The translations under genes and the position numbers were made by a program. DNA of 64,000 nucleotides from Octopus sinensis (Eukaryota). The notes below the pieces were generated by a model that worked only from the letters and a program-made list of their open reading frames with translations, did not search any database and was not told where the DNA came from. Numbering within the stretch: position 1 is the stretch's first letter; the number at the start of each line of letters is the position of its first letter. Below are positions 25,051 through 37,854 of this stretch, piece by piece. The stretch is taken from the NCBI RefSeq assembly GCF_006345805.1, contig NC_042997.1, positions 9,300,001-9,364,000 on the forward strand, written 5' to 3'.

Positions 25051-26989
25051 AAGAAATAGGTATATCAGCTAAAACGTGTTATCAACAAACAAGATGAGGA
25101 CAAATATCTGTCAAATGTAAAGAATGTATATAATGTACATAATTCCTCATCTCTTAAATACAGAACTGTAGTTTCATTATAGTTTCAGCTTAGCTAAATT
25201 TTTACTCACCATGCTTTGGTTGACACAAGACTATTATAGAAGACACCTCAACTGGAACTAGGTTGATGCAAATCAAATTGCTTAATTACACAACTATACC
25301 TGCATGCACGCACACACACACACGTGCATACAAATATGTATCAAAGCCATGCAGCATACTTTACTTCGTACCCCAGAAAATTGTTCTTCACACTGATGCC
25401 TGTATATAGTGGGGGTAGACTGGGCCAGTAAAAGTTAAGTGATATTGCTGTGGGAAAGCTGAACAGTTAGTTGCCTTATACATTAACTTGTAGCTCTTCA
25501 ACTAACAGAATAATAATCTAATGACACATATAGCATCCCCCAGTTTTATAAGACAATCTATATGACAGATTGTTAGATGTATTGTGTCCCCAGACAAGAT
25601 GCTTCATCTATTGAAGGATTCATTGTATTTTTTGTCTGCCTTTTTTTTTATGTATTTTCTTTGTTTTGTTCGAAATAATTAGCTTCCTCCGATTGTTAAC
25701 ATCTTTTGATGAGTGAAACACAGAATGCTGGTTTCAAATTTAGATATTCCCAGTTGTATTTCAATTACACATCATTATTAGCCAATCAACAGATAAGCAG
25801 AACCATTGAAAGTACTAGCAATTTAGACAGATAATTGCTACTTTATGTGCAAGGAAACAACTTTGAGAAATCCCACTAAAATCTTCATTCTCTTTTATTA
25901 TACCATTTTTATTTTATTTGTTTTTTAACATTGTAAGCAACTAAAATAGCATTGTAATATATTCTGCAGAAAATCACACTATAGGAAACATATTGCAAGA
26001 TGCTTGTAAGATGTTCCAGATAAATTTCTTAATAAATATTCCATTTGTATTGTCTTCCTTAACCAAAAGATTCTGATGAAAGGAACATAATTGTATATAA
26101 TTATAGACACTACTCAATGCAAGTTTTCTTCTACTTTCTTTCTTTTTCCTTAGCATAGATACTTTAGGATATAATTTATTGTGACATTGTCATGGTTTAC
26201 GAGCATACACTGGAGTGTATAATTCTAAGACTACTGAGAGGCACAATAAATGCAAGTTTTGATGCTTATTCCTTTCCTAAAGGTATTTTTTCAAAAGTTA
26301 CTCTCTAAAATGATCAGTTAGCACTTTAAAGAGTAAAATACTACACTTTGATCTCAACGAAAAAAGCACTTCCTGAGCCTTTCAGCAAAGATCAAAGTGG
26401 ATTTTTTTTTTCAAAAGATTCCAATGCATGATTGCTATTAGCTTGCATTAAGAAAAGTGAAATGGCTTCAACAATTGAAAAACATCTTTTTTATTCCTTG
26501 AATGCACTTTTTGCTGTTATTTAACTATGAAATGGAAGTAACCATTATTGGTACTCTGGAAGCATCTATTGTTATTTCAATGTCATGAACTCTTGACACA
26601 AGGTTACATAGTCTATTCCTTCAATTTAAAATCTAATTTGCCTTCCATACTAGTTGCAATCTATTTCTTTCTAATTTATCATTTTCTATTGCCACCTTAA
26701 GATTGCTTTGATCATTCAAAGTGTATCAGAGTAAACTATGGAATACATAATATTAAATTGAAATTAGTTCAAAGAGTATATTTTGCTTTAAAACTCTTGA
26801 AAATACCTAAAGAGAAGATTAACCTCTAAGATAGAGTATTCCCCAACCAACTAACCAGCAACTAAACAACTAATGAACACAGTCAATATGTTATTCAATT
26901 TTTTTCAGCTTTTTCATTTTTCTTTAGTTTTTGTTGAATCAGGAGGAACAGTACCCATGACCTCTTCAGACGCTCCAAGACCAGTATGA

Positions 26990-27300
26990 CTGATGTCTTT
27001 AATATATCTCTTAGACAGTTTCATGTCAATATCTACAGGAAAGGTGTGATGTGGGGAGGGATAGATGGGTGAGAATTCCAGAGGACCAACATTCTGGAAA
27101 GGAAGGACTGAGCATTATGTTTAGTGCAAGTACTTGGGTTTGACATAACAAAGGTGATAAACAGATGAGAGGACTGGGGGTGTCTTAGGGCAGCAAACTG
27201 TAAGGTGTAGAATCCATTGTAGTAGCAGTGCAAAAGGCAGATAAAGGAGATATACCTGTGGAACAGAAACTGGAGAATGTAAGTGAATGCCAATTAGATG
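26990..27300 (-). mobile_element. CR1/Jockey-group LINE 3' end, decayed
   Basis: ..CYYNGFY..SSHLF..QSFLSRMLVLWNSHPS resembles the SFFPRT..LWNSLP C-terminal motif. Confidence 0.6.
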
Positions 27301-27339
27301 AGTGACCCATTTCTGAATATTGTCTAGGATTCATAAAAG

Positions 27340-27745
27340 CTTATACTCTTTTAATTGTTTCAGTCATTTGACTGTGACCATGCTGGAGCACCACCTTTAG
27401 CCTATCAAATCGACACCAGGACTTATTCTTTGTAAGCCTAGTACTTATTCTATCAGTCTCTTTTGCCAAACCACTAAATTATGGGGATGTAAACACACCA
27501 GTATCGGTTGTCAAGCAATGTTGGGGGGACAAACACAGACACACAAACATACACACACATATATATACATATATATACATATATATGATGGGCTTCTTTC
27601 AGTTTCCATCTACCAAATGCACTCACAAGGCTTTGGTTGGCCCAAGGCTATAGTAGAAGACACCTTCCCAAGTTGCCATGCAGTGGGACTGAACCCGGAG
27701 CATGTGGTTGGTAAGCAAGCTACTTACCATACAGCCACTCCTACG
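27340..27745 (-). mobile_element. CORE-like SINE (family B)
   Basis: Full-length reverse copy. Confidence 0.85.
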
Positions 27746-29676
27746 CTTATGTAGCTAGAAAATGAATAGATACTACATCTTGTGGGAAATATATATGCAA
27801 GACATTACAAAAGCATTAATATCCAGACATGGAAAACAATGTACATTTATTATTCTAATTTATAAACAAGAGTTTAACCTTAGTTATATGAACTTGTGGT
27901 AGCATTGATTAAATTCTAACCATAAGATGTTTCAAGAAGCATTGTGATTACTTTAAAGTACTTGGTCTGTTCATATTTTTACTTCGTTATTTACAATATC
28001 TCTAATGTTCCTGGGAAGCAATCCATAGGTTAGGCAATATTTATTTGTAAAACTCAAGAACGTCATTATCACTAAACAACTGAAATTATTTTCACAGTAG
28101 CAAAAGAGATGAGAATAAGAGAATAACATAGTTTGTCGAGAGGATGTTTTCATATCAATCTTAGACTGATATCAAAAAGGTCTTTTGAGACTTTTATTAA
28201 ATAAAGCTTAAAAAAGATTAAAAGAAAAGAGAATTGAAATGTCTGGCACACACTTGCTTCTAAATTAATCATATTGGTTTATTCCTTTAAAGGAAACAAT
28301 AAAATCATGAAAAACATAGTGTAAAAATAGCTAAAAATTAAATAGCCGTAAACCTTTCAAATAAGATATTTGGCCCTCATCAGCAAACTAATTACTACAT
28401 CACAGTTTGCCTAATACCACAGTTTATTTTTATGTCTTATCTAATTTTATGTTTCTTCATTTTTATCTTTTTACAAATCATTTTCTATTGAATTTCGTCA
28501 AAATATCTCCCTGCATTTTCATTACATTGTGAAAATAAATATATTTTTTGAGCTTTTTACTGATGTAAAGTGTACAAAACTTTAAATTGCTTTTAATAAT
28601 AGACAGTCTAACAATAAGCACAGCAGTCAATGCACAAATAAAAATATTTATATGTGGTCTGAACCATAAGCTAGATGGTCATATGCACAATATTTCTAAT
28701 GCCATTTAAATGATAAACAAACATATATATTACTGTGAATCATTTTAAGAATCAAGAATGTTCAAATCACACACGCACACACACCAACACACCAACACAC
28801 ACACATGCGTGCACATACACACACATACATACATACAACATGTTTACAATATGAAAAGTACATTTATAATTTGTTGCCATACATAAAAGACATTTTTAGC
28901 TGACTTATTTATGCATGAACCTGAACAGGAAGGAGAGTGTTGTGCTCATAAACATTTACAGACCTTTTGAAATTGAAGGGAAGAAGGAATAAAATTTTCT
29001 GAAACCAGAAACCTGATGAAAATTCTTACAACAGAGTAGCCCTCACTAAAGGCAACTGGGCACCTGAGAGACAATTGTTTTTATTAATTTGGTGAAAGAT
29101 TAGGCCTATTACTTCAGAACAAGTGCAGCCCCTGCATCAAGCTATCATATATTTTCCATCAACCAATTCACTCACAAGGCTTTGGTCACCTAAAATTATG
29201 GTAAAGATAATTGCGCTGTGGGTTGCTCAATTAGAACTACATCATTGTGAAACACTTAATAGATAACCATGCTTGCCTCACCTTCATTGAGGTGGTGCTA
29301 TTCTTGCACTATATTACGCCTGTGTGTGTGTAAGTATGTGTGTGAGTGCGAGTGCATGTGTATGTGTGTGAGTGTGTGTGTGTGTGTAGTTGTGTATGCG
29401 TGTTTGTGTGTGTGTATGCATGTATATGCGTAAAGATATACATATGTGTGTACACACACATGCTTACACACACACACATACACACACATATAATCATCTT
29501 TTATGTATGTATTATGTATGGCTGTGTGGTAAGAAATTTGCTTCCCACCCACATCATTTCAGGTTCAATCTTACTATGTGGTGTCTTGAACAAGTGACTT
29601 CTATTCTAAGCCCTGGGCTAACCTATACCTTTTGTGTGGATTTAGTAGATGGAAACTGCTTAACAAATATGCATGC

Positions 29677-30190
29677 ATGAGGTTTGATCAATAGGTATCC
29701 GGACTGTTGCTGTAGTAATGAAGCTAAAGCACACAAAATGAAGCCACTTGACGCAGATTGACCTTGAACTCTGCTGTGCATGCGCACTAAGTTTTAACAT
29801 TCTAGCTCACTTCTGTTGTTTACAGTAGTGCTTTGAAAGAAGGTGTGTACTGTGTGATAATCGCATTGACCATGACAGAGAAAGTTGTCATGGTGATACC
29901 TGCTCAGAAGTCCACGCAAAGTTGCAGAAAGTGTATGGAGAGGAGTGTATGAGCCATACACAAGTGTACAAGTGGTTCTGACATTTCCAAGATGGGCGAA
30001 AAAATGTTGATATTGACAAATATTTTCGGAGACCCGCAACCAGCAGAACTGAGAAAAACATTGCAGATGTGCATGCAGCTGTGAGGGGAAATCATTGAAT
30101 CACCATCCGTGAATTATCAGAGGATGTGCTGATTAGTTACTGTTCAGCTCATTTCATTATCACTGAAGATTTGGGTATGAGATGTGTGTT
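29677..30190 (+). mobile_element. Mariner 5' fragment
   Basis: TIR-like ATGAGGTTTGATCAATAGGTATCCGGACTG; ITIRELSEDVLISYCSAHFIITEDLGMRCV. Confidence 0.75.
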
Positions 30191-30269
30191 TAAGGTCAAT
30201 CTATGCCAAGTGGCTTTACTCTGCAAGCTTTAATTTCGTTACTATGGCTACAGTCCGGATACTTATTGA

Positions 30270-31293
30270 TCAGACCCATGTATATACATATATGTGCTTA
30301 TGGATGAGGACAGCTGTGTGAAGAAGAGCTGATCTCTAACTGTGATGGGAACCTGTGGATGAGGTAGACCCAGGAAGACATGGGAAGAGGTGATGAAGCA
30401 TGAACTTCGAACAGTGGACCTCATGGAGGCAATGGCAAGTGACTGAGGCTTTTGGTGATATACCATGCTTGAGAAAACCTATCAAGCTAAGTGAAATTGC
30501 AGTCATGGCTGATGCTAGTGTCAGGTAACTGGCATTTGTGCCAGTGGCATGTAAAGAAAAGTACTCTTAGAACGTTGGGTGACATGCTGTGCTTGAGAAT
30601 ACCTATCAAGCCAAGTGAAATCGTAGACATGGCCAATGCCAGTGTCACACACCTGAAGTGGAGGCACATGGCCTAGTGGTTAGAGCAGCAGACTCACGGT
30701 CGAAGGATCATAGGTTCGAATCTCAGACCGGGCGACGTGTGTGTTTATGAGCGAAAACACCTAATCTCCATGTGGCTCTGGCAGAAGGTAACGGCGAACT
30801 TCTGCTGACACTTTCGCCACAACTTTCTCTCACTCTTTCCTCCTGCATCTTGCATCTCACCTGCGACGGACCGGCGTACTGTCCAGGTGGGGAACCTATA
30901 TGCCGAGGAAACCGGGAAACCAGCCCTTATGAGCCAGGCATGACTCGAGAAGGAACAAACACATTCCTGGCAACTGTGACAGTGACACATAAAAAGCACC
31001 CTTCAAACTTTGAGCCTCAATGGAGGCAGTGACAAGTGACTGAGACCTTTGGTAATATATCATGCTTGAGAAAACCTTTCAAGCCAAGTGAGATTATAAT
31101 CATGGTCAGTGTCAGTGTTTTGTAACCATCACCCATGCTGGTGGCACATAAAAAGCACCCACTACACTCTTGGAGTGGTTGGTGTTGGGAAGGGCATCCA
31201 TACCAAATCAGCTCCCCAGCTTAACAGTTTCAGTTCAGCCATCCATCCCAAGCCAGCATGGACAATGGACATTAAATGATGATGATGATGATG
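30270..31293 (+). mobile_element. 5'-truncated RTE LINE (RT C-terminus plus 3' UTR) with a nested SINE
   Basis: MDEDSCVKK..GRPRKTWEEVMKHELR, then UTR modules and a (GAT)n tail. Confidence 0.75.
30658..30962 (+). mobile_element. tRNA SINE with family-A head and V-like tail
   Basis: TGGCCTAGTGG/GGTTCGAATCTC head; tail CTGCGACGGACCGGCGTACTGTCCAGG..GAAACCGG. Confidence 0.8.
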
Positions 31294-31329
31294 ATAATGT
31301 CTGCACAATTGTATATATATATATGTGTG

Positions 31330-31716
31330 TGTGTTACTTATTTCTTTATTGCCCACAAGGGGCTAAACATAGAGGGGACAAACAAGGACAGACAAAGGAA
31401 TTAAGTTGATGATATCGACACCAGTGCATAACTGGTAATTAATTTATCGACCCCGAAGGGATGAAAGGCAAAGTCGATTTCAGTGGAACTTGAACTCAGA
31501 ATGTAAAGAAAGACAAAATACTGCTAAGCATTTCGCTCGGCATGCTAACATTTCTGCCAGCTTGCTATCTTATATATTTCTTTACTACCCACAAGGGGCT
31601 AAACACAGAGGGGACAAACAAGGACAGACAAAGGGGTTAAGTCAATTACATCGACCCCAGTGCGTAACTGGTACTTAATTTATCGACTCCGAAAGGATGA
31701 AAGGCAAAGTCGACTA
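31330..31716 (-). mobile_element. Two tandem Nin/Deu-like SINE copies
   Basis: CCCACAAGGGGCTAAACA.AGAGGGGACAAAC occurs twice; the second copy is 5'-truncated. Confidence 0.85.
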
Positions 31717-32606
31717 CTGTCTCCTTGACTGACATCATGTGATACTAGTGTCACTGCCACAGAAGTGATATCATTCATTTCTAATCCTCCATTAAAACAT
31801 GTCTGGTCATGGAGAAATATTATCTTACTTGGAAACAGGAGAGGCATTCAGCCATAGAAAATCCATCTCAGCAAGTTTGTCCAAGACATACATGCATAAA
31901 AAAGATGATTGTGTGTGCATGTGTGTAATCATTTATAATGATGAATATTTAAGTATATATATATAACATGGACAGCAAAGAATATCTTGTCATGATATAT
32001 TAGTTTGCTTTTTATTGGTAAGAAAAAAAAAAGCATGATGTGAATGAAAGATAGCAAGCATAGAAGAAGCAAGTCTATCTATCCTAATTTACAAAAAGGC
32101 CAAGCTTTTGAGTTGCAGTAGAAATGAGAAAAGAAAACTCTGGCTTTCAATGTCAAAGAGTTCACAAAGGGAGGTAATATCGATTGTGTGCACATGTCAG
32201 CTGGTACTTGTGTAGATTTATGTGTATGTGCATTTTTATATGTGAGTAAGTATATACTATCAGAAGTATGTATGGTTGTGCTTATTTCATATGTATGTTG
32301 ACATATATATATATATATGTGTATTTGCCATGTGTATGTTCACTTGTGTTAGTAGTGGATGCATGTGTGTATTTCTTGAATTGTAGTCTTACTAATGTAT
32401 AGTGCAAGTTAGAAAATACCAAATATACACAATACCCATATATGTGTCTTTAGTGTGTTTATTTGATGTATATGTGAATATTGACAGTGTATATATAGTT
32501 ATAGCAATGTAGGGATGGGTGGGATTATATACATATAACAGCAACTGTATATATGCAATAAACCTTTATATGTATATGTATATATAAATATGTATATATA
32601 TATATA

Positions 32607-33018
32607 TCTCTATATATAAAACTGAAATGCGTTTTTACCGCTTGGATCTCTTTCAATGCCACTACATCCCGTCCGATTCGCTCCAAAATTTACAGGGACA
32701 TGTAGAATGAGGTGACAATGCTCGTGGGCTACCTTAGAAATCCCTATCTTAAAAGGTGTGGTTGCTAGAGGCCATCTTCCTCACTCACCCTATTTCCTCC
32801 AGTACCCTCTCACTCCTCTTCATGTGACAATGCCACTACCGTTATTTAATGTAAAGTCTTCCTCAAATCACTCTCTCGCTATTTCATCTCTTCCAAGAAC
32901 ATTTTCACTCACTCTATCTCTTAGCTTCCTATACATTTTACTCATGTATCTATCTGTGTTCATAGACAGAAACAAATATTACATCGCCATCGCCATCGCA
33001 TTCTATTGTCTACCTGTC

Positions 33019-33064
<46 letters not shown>

Positions 33065-34561
33065 CATATATCTAATATTATATTTTTATTTTTATGTTTT
33101 TGTTTTTTTACTGTTTCATTTCCCTATTAGTGGTTTGATCTCTAATTTAATTTCTACAGCATGCACACACACACACACCTATATGTGGCCCCAGTAGACC
33201 CGAATGAAATCGGGTTCTCTTCATCAAAATGTGAAAAGGGGTCTAAAATTATCATCGCCACAACTTATGTTTTTCCTAATGATAATTATCATCGCCACCA
33301 CCAACACACAATCATGACAATCTTTCTCTTAAAACAAATCATGTTTACATTGCAAAATATTTCATTTTCCCGTCCTCTCTTTCATATATGTGACCCAGGT
33401 TTGGGTGGCCGCACAGCTACAATTAGACAACGGCTAAAAACATTCGATGTTGATAATGCCTGGATCGTTCCATTCAACCCTTTGCTTTCCAAAACATTTA
33501 ATGCACACATTAATGTTGAGTACTGCAGTTCGGTGAGATGCATACAATACCTCTGCAAGTACATTAATAAGGGCGATGATATGGTCGTGTTTGTGTTCAG
33601 TGATGAAGACCTTAGACATGACGAAATTAAACAATTCGTTTTGAGTAGGTATGTATCCTCCAATTATGCAGCGTGGTGCATTTTTGGATACGAGATTCAT
33701 CTAAGCTCACCATCAGTTTTCCACCTGAATGTTCATTTACAGAAGAGACAGCTGGTTTACTTCACAGAGAAAAATGCACGTCAAGTCATTGAAAATCCAA
33801 AAGGGACTACGCTTACAGCATTTTTTAAATTGTGTTCAGTTGATGAGTTTGCTGCTACTCTCATTTACCCTGAAGTACCGGAATATTACACATACAACAA
33901 CAATAATTGGAAGCGCAGGTCACATGGAACAGAACTTGACAATTGGCCCGGTGTTTCTAGAAAGAACGTCATTGGGCGTGTGTATAATATTCATCCTACC
34001 AAACAGGAAATCTTTTTGAGAATGCTACTTCATGTAGTTACTGGACCGAAGCCTTTTGCTGATCTTCGCACGGTTGATGGTATCATCTGCGCCACTTACA
34101 GGGAAGCATGTTTGAGGCGCGGACTTCTTCTCAATGACGACCACTTACACAGGACATTAGCAGAGGCCTCAAATTGTAAACTGCCATGGCAAATGCGTCG
34201 ATTGTTTTGTAGCATATTAATCCACTGTAATCCCAGCAACCCTCTTAACCTTTGGGAATCGTTCAGACAGAGCCTATCAAAGGACATACAGGCTAATTTA
34301 GCGCTACGTGATGGCAACGACGATGTTTATAATGAGGCATTAATCGACATGGACAGACACATCAGACGCTATGTTATACGCGGTTTAAGTGAATTCCATC
34401 TGCCAACAACTGTCCATCATGAAGCGCCTTTGGATGTTGAATAAATGTCAGAAAAAAACTACAACATTGCCGAATTGACGGAAGCAATTACGCGAGATGA
34501 ACCAAGACTTTTGCCTGAACAAAGAGAGATTTATAATGAAATTATTGACAGCGTTAGATTG
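32607..34561 (+). mobile_element. Internally deleted, 3'-truncated Helitron
   Basis: 5' end TC..TATATATAAAACTGAAATG; Rep-helicase coding segment; cut by a SINE before helicase motif I. Confidence 0.85.
33161..34444 (+). CDS. Helitron RepHel fragment (Rep C-terminal part and linker)
   Basis: DNAWIVPFNPLLSKTFNAHINVEYCSS..YLCKYINKGDD, DEIKQF..RYVSS, LRMLLHVVTGP..DLRTVDG..TYREAC; homology starts ~33400, so the annotated ATG is not the true start. Confidence 0.8.
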   Translation: MHTHTHLYVAPVDPNEIGFSSSKCEKGSKIIIATTYVFPNDNYHRHHQHTIMTIFLLKQIMFTLQNISFSRPLFHICDPGLGGRTATIRQRLKTFDVDNAWIVPFNPLLSKTFNAHINVEYCSSVRCIQYLCKYINKGDDMVVFVFSDEDLRHDEIKQFVLSRYVSSNYAAWCIFGYEIHLSSPSVFHLNVHLQKRQLVYFTEKNARQVIENPKGTTLTAFFKLCSVDEFAATLIYPEVPEYYTYNNNNWKRRSHGTELDNWPGVSRKNVIGRVYNIHPTKQEIFLRMLLHVVTGPKPFADLRTVDGIICATYREACLRRGLLLNDDHLHRTLAEASNCKLPWQMRRLFCSILIHCNPSNPLNLWESFRQSLSKDIQANLALRDGNDDVYNEALIDMDRHIRRYVIRGLSEFHLPTTVHHEAPLDVE

Positions 34562-34745
34562 AAGGACAGACAAACGGATTAAGTCGATTATATCGACCAC
34601 AGTGAGTAACTGGTACTTAATTTATCGACCCCGAAAGGATGAAAGGCAAAGTCGGCCTCGGCAGAATTTGAACTCAGAACGTAGCAGCAGACGAAATACG
34701 GCTACGCATTTCGCCCAGCGTGCTAACGTTTCCACCAGCTCACCA
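34562..34745 (-). mobile_element. Nin/Deu-like SINE (family C)
   Basis: Reverse copy of 24838-25020. Confidence 0.85.
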
Positions 34746-35519
34746 CCTTTTACATTTCAATATGTTTATAATGCATTGTACTTTTAAAGTTTGGAAGCAA
34801 GGTAGCATGAATTTTCAACGTCCTCACCATATAAACAGGAAATAAACAGTACAAAATGTAATATCAATAAATAAATGACAAAAGGATAGGTGTTACAGCA
34901 GCTCATTCATTGACTTACAGCAGTTTCATTTGTAAGGAAATGTGCACCTAGAAGGGAATGCCAATGTGATATTGCTTTGAACCCTTTCTTATAGGGCTCA
35001 GATGACACTATAAGATGCAATGATGTCATTTACCTCTGCATGCACAGTTGTCTATAGCAAAAGCAGCAGTAATTCAATGAAATTGGTTATGTAATTCCTG
35101 GATTTTATCAACTTTTGGTCACATATCTTCAGAGCATAGTTGAGGGAGGAGTGAAAGAGAAACAGACAGAGATAATGCTGGTTTGACAACATCTGGGACT
35201 GGACAGATCACAACACTGTGAACCTGCTATGCATGACAGAGAACAGAAACCAATGATGATATGCAAAAGCATCTAGAGAGATACCCCAATGACTGGCTGC
35301 ATCAATCAAGGGAACTTGATGAGGATCATACACACATACACACATACGTGTGTGTGTGTGTGTGTGTGTGTTGTGTGTGTGTGTGTATGTGTGTGTGTGT
35401 GTGTGTACACATACATATATGTATATGAATAAATTGCTTTTAATGGTGGCACTCAAAGTAGATAAAGCTTTAAAAAAGTTTTGCAATATTTTGGTATCTT
35501 TTTGCTTTATTCAAGTCAC

Positions 35520-37260
35520 AACAAAAGCAGCCTAGCATCCAAAGTAGAGGCCATCGTATTACACCATCTGAAGCCACCTTTCTGCTTGCTCTTTCATTCC
35601 ATTCTGATACCAGTTCTTGTCCTTCAAGGCAAAGAACTCCTTTACTGAAATTTTCAATTCCTCTTGGTTGATGAAATATTTCAAGTAGAAATCTAAAGGA
35701 GCCCATTCTGATCTATATGCTGGGTGTTTCATCAGTTTGTAGAACGACCATGCGAAGGAGAGGTGATGAGAATGACTCCTTTAGTACACTACACGGTCGA
35801 TTACAATAAATACGAAAAATATGAATGAGTACAAGTGCCAGAAGGAAAAGAGAGACACAACCGGTTGAATGTTTAAGAGAAAGACTTTGTTGATAGGTGA
35901 ATGTGTGTCTGTGTGTGTGTCATATATGCATAATAATAATAACAATAGACAAGCCGTCATGTATACATAATGTGTATGTGTGTGCATAAAATACAGATCA
36001 TTGAAAACGTCTATGATAGGACGCTAAAAGAATGTTCAGACACATTGATGATAAATACTAGTTCATATTCAAGGTACACGATAGTAGAAGTGCTGTAGCA
36101 AGAAGTTGAGGCTGCAATGCAGAACAGATTGAGGCACATGTTGTGCGGGAAGATGTGGCTACTATGCAGAGCCGATTACTTGTAGCAGGAAATCTCACAG
36201 GTTGTATTTGCTGTTAGCCATGGGGAAGTAATTCGCGAACAATGTTGAGATAGAACCTGTGTGATGGTTGCTGGTTGCTGTGTATGTAGAGAGATGTTGT
36301 TGACGATGTTAAGAAGATGATGGCAATGAATAAAAAGAGTACTGTATGCTGTTGGTCGAGTGTTGCTGCATCTCCATGTGGCTGCTGGTGTTGTCGCTGG
36401 AACTGGCTGTGTGCTCTGTGGTCAGCGGCTAGACCTTAAGAGGTCTGGAACCAAAAGAAGAAAGACAGTGTAAAAGCTGGCCTTTTATAGCAAACTATTG
36501 GCTCATTGGAATATTGGAAGATAAGGTCTCTCGTGACCTTATCAGAAAGCTGCAATTGGTTGGGTTGCATATTGGTGCACAATAGAGCAAGGGACAAATT
36601 GCGCCAATACCAACCAATCAGAGTAGTGGACACAACAGGGTCCAAAAGGGCAGCCGAAGGCTAGCTGTTATCTACTACGTACTTATGTATATATAACAGA
36701 GAGAGAGAGAGTCCGCTACAAGTTTACTTCCCTCCAGCTCCCAGAGTTTATACCAGGTTGTTTGAGCAGATTGAGGTCTTGTGTTGTCTGGCTGCAGAAG
36801 AACATGCTTTCTCTTAAACAATGTTGAGGATTTTTACTGCACAATGTGTGATGCTGAGCTTGCCTGATACTCTCAGGGTGCTATTCACCAGATTTATCTT
36901 TATGGCTTGGGGCATGGCCACTGAATCCACTGTTTTAGATCTACCTAACCTTGCCTGATACCTGATATCAAGGTTCTTGCAACCTATGCAAAATTTCTAG
37001 AACCATCGGGTTATGATACTGGTATCAACTGTGCCTTCACCTTTCAGACAGCAAGTGATTTTGGCTGCTTCCATGGTATTATGGTCCAATTCACCTCCAT
37101 AAAGCATACGTACCCAAATTACACTATATTGCATGTTCATCTGTGCAGCTTTGAAATCACATAAAGTGTGAAGTAATGCATGTGTCAGCATACCAACTAT
37201 CATCGTACTACCAACCTCAGTGGATTGAAGTTGGTAGTACCATGAGGCTGGTAGTACCGT
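35520..37260 (-). mobile_element. Decayed mariner split by an LTR-like insertion
   Basis: N-terminal ELDHNTMEAAKITCCLKGEGTVDTSIITRWF (~37000-37150); C-terminal EEL..VKEFF..ERWLQMV (35530-35720). Confidence 0.75.
35725..36698 (-). mobile_element. Solo-LTR-like element
   Basis: TGTT..AACA termini; on the minus strand several CCAAT boxes followed by CTATAAAAGG; TSD not recognisable. Confidence 0.45.
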
Positions 37261-37757
37261 TCATAGACTGAACTGCTTTGGTCACCTGATATACATACTA
37301 CAAACAAGCATATATGCGAATATTTTAGAACTTGACTCTCCACAATAATTTTTCTACTATCAGCACAAGGCCAGCAATTTTGGAGGAGGGGACTAGTCTA
37401 TTACACTGACCCCAGTGTTTGACTGGTACTCTGGAATATTGGATCCTCCAAAGTTCTTAAATTCTTATAATATTAACATTTTACAGTTATTGCTGGTATG
37501 AACAATGCTCCTAAAATGTTTGGAGAAAATTTGTTAGGGTTGCTTTGGTACAATGGTTAGGGTATCATGTTGACAGACGATGTGAGCCTGAGCCTCATGG
37601 CCAACTTTTGACTTTTTCTCCACTCAGTATTCAACATGTTATTATTTATAGATTTATCTACTTTAAGTTCCAGTTCCACCATTAAAAATAATTTATTTCA
37701 TGTCTCTTGGAGCTTCTAAGTTCGTTATATACATATATATATGTATATATATGTGTT

Positions 37758-37854
<97 letters not shown>

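Larger units (their letters stand above)
24570..25170. mobile_element. PLE-like inverted terminal repeats, right copy interrupted by a SINE
   Basis: 24570-24660 is inverted against 24790-24815 plus 25050-25110 (GCTGGAGGGTATATCAGC..AAACG..ACAAGAT.AGGAC). Confidence 0.6.

Noticed and set aside
33161-33400. Annotated ATG as the true Helitron protein start
   Set aside because: The ATG lies in an (AC)n tract, and RepHel similarity begins ~240 nt downstream, after the HUH motifs are already missing
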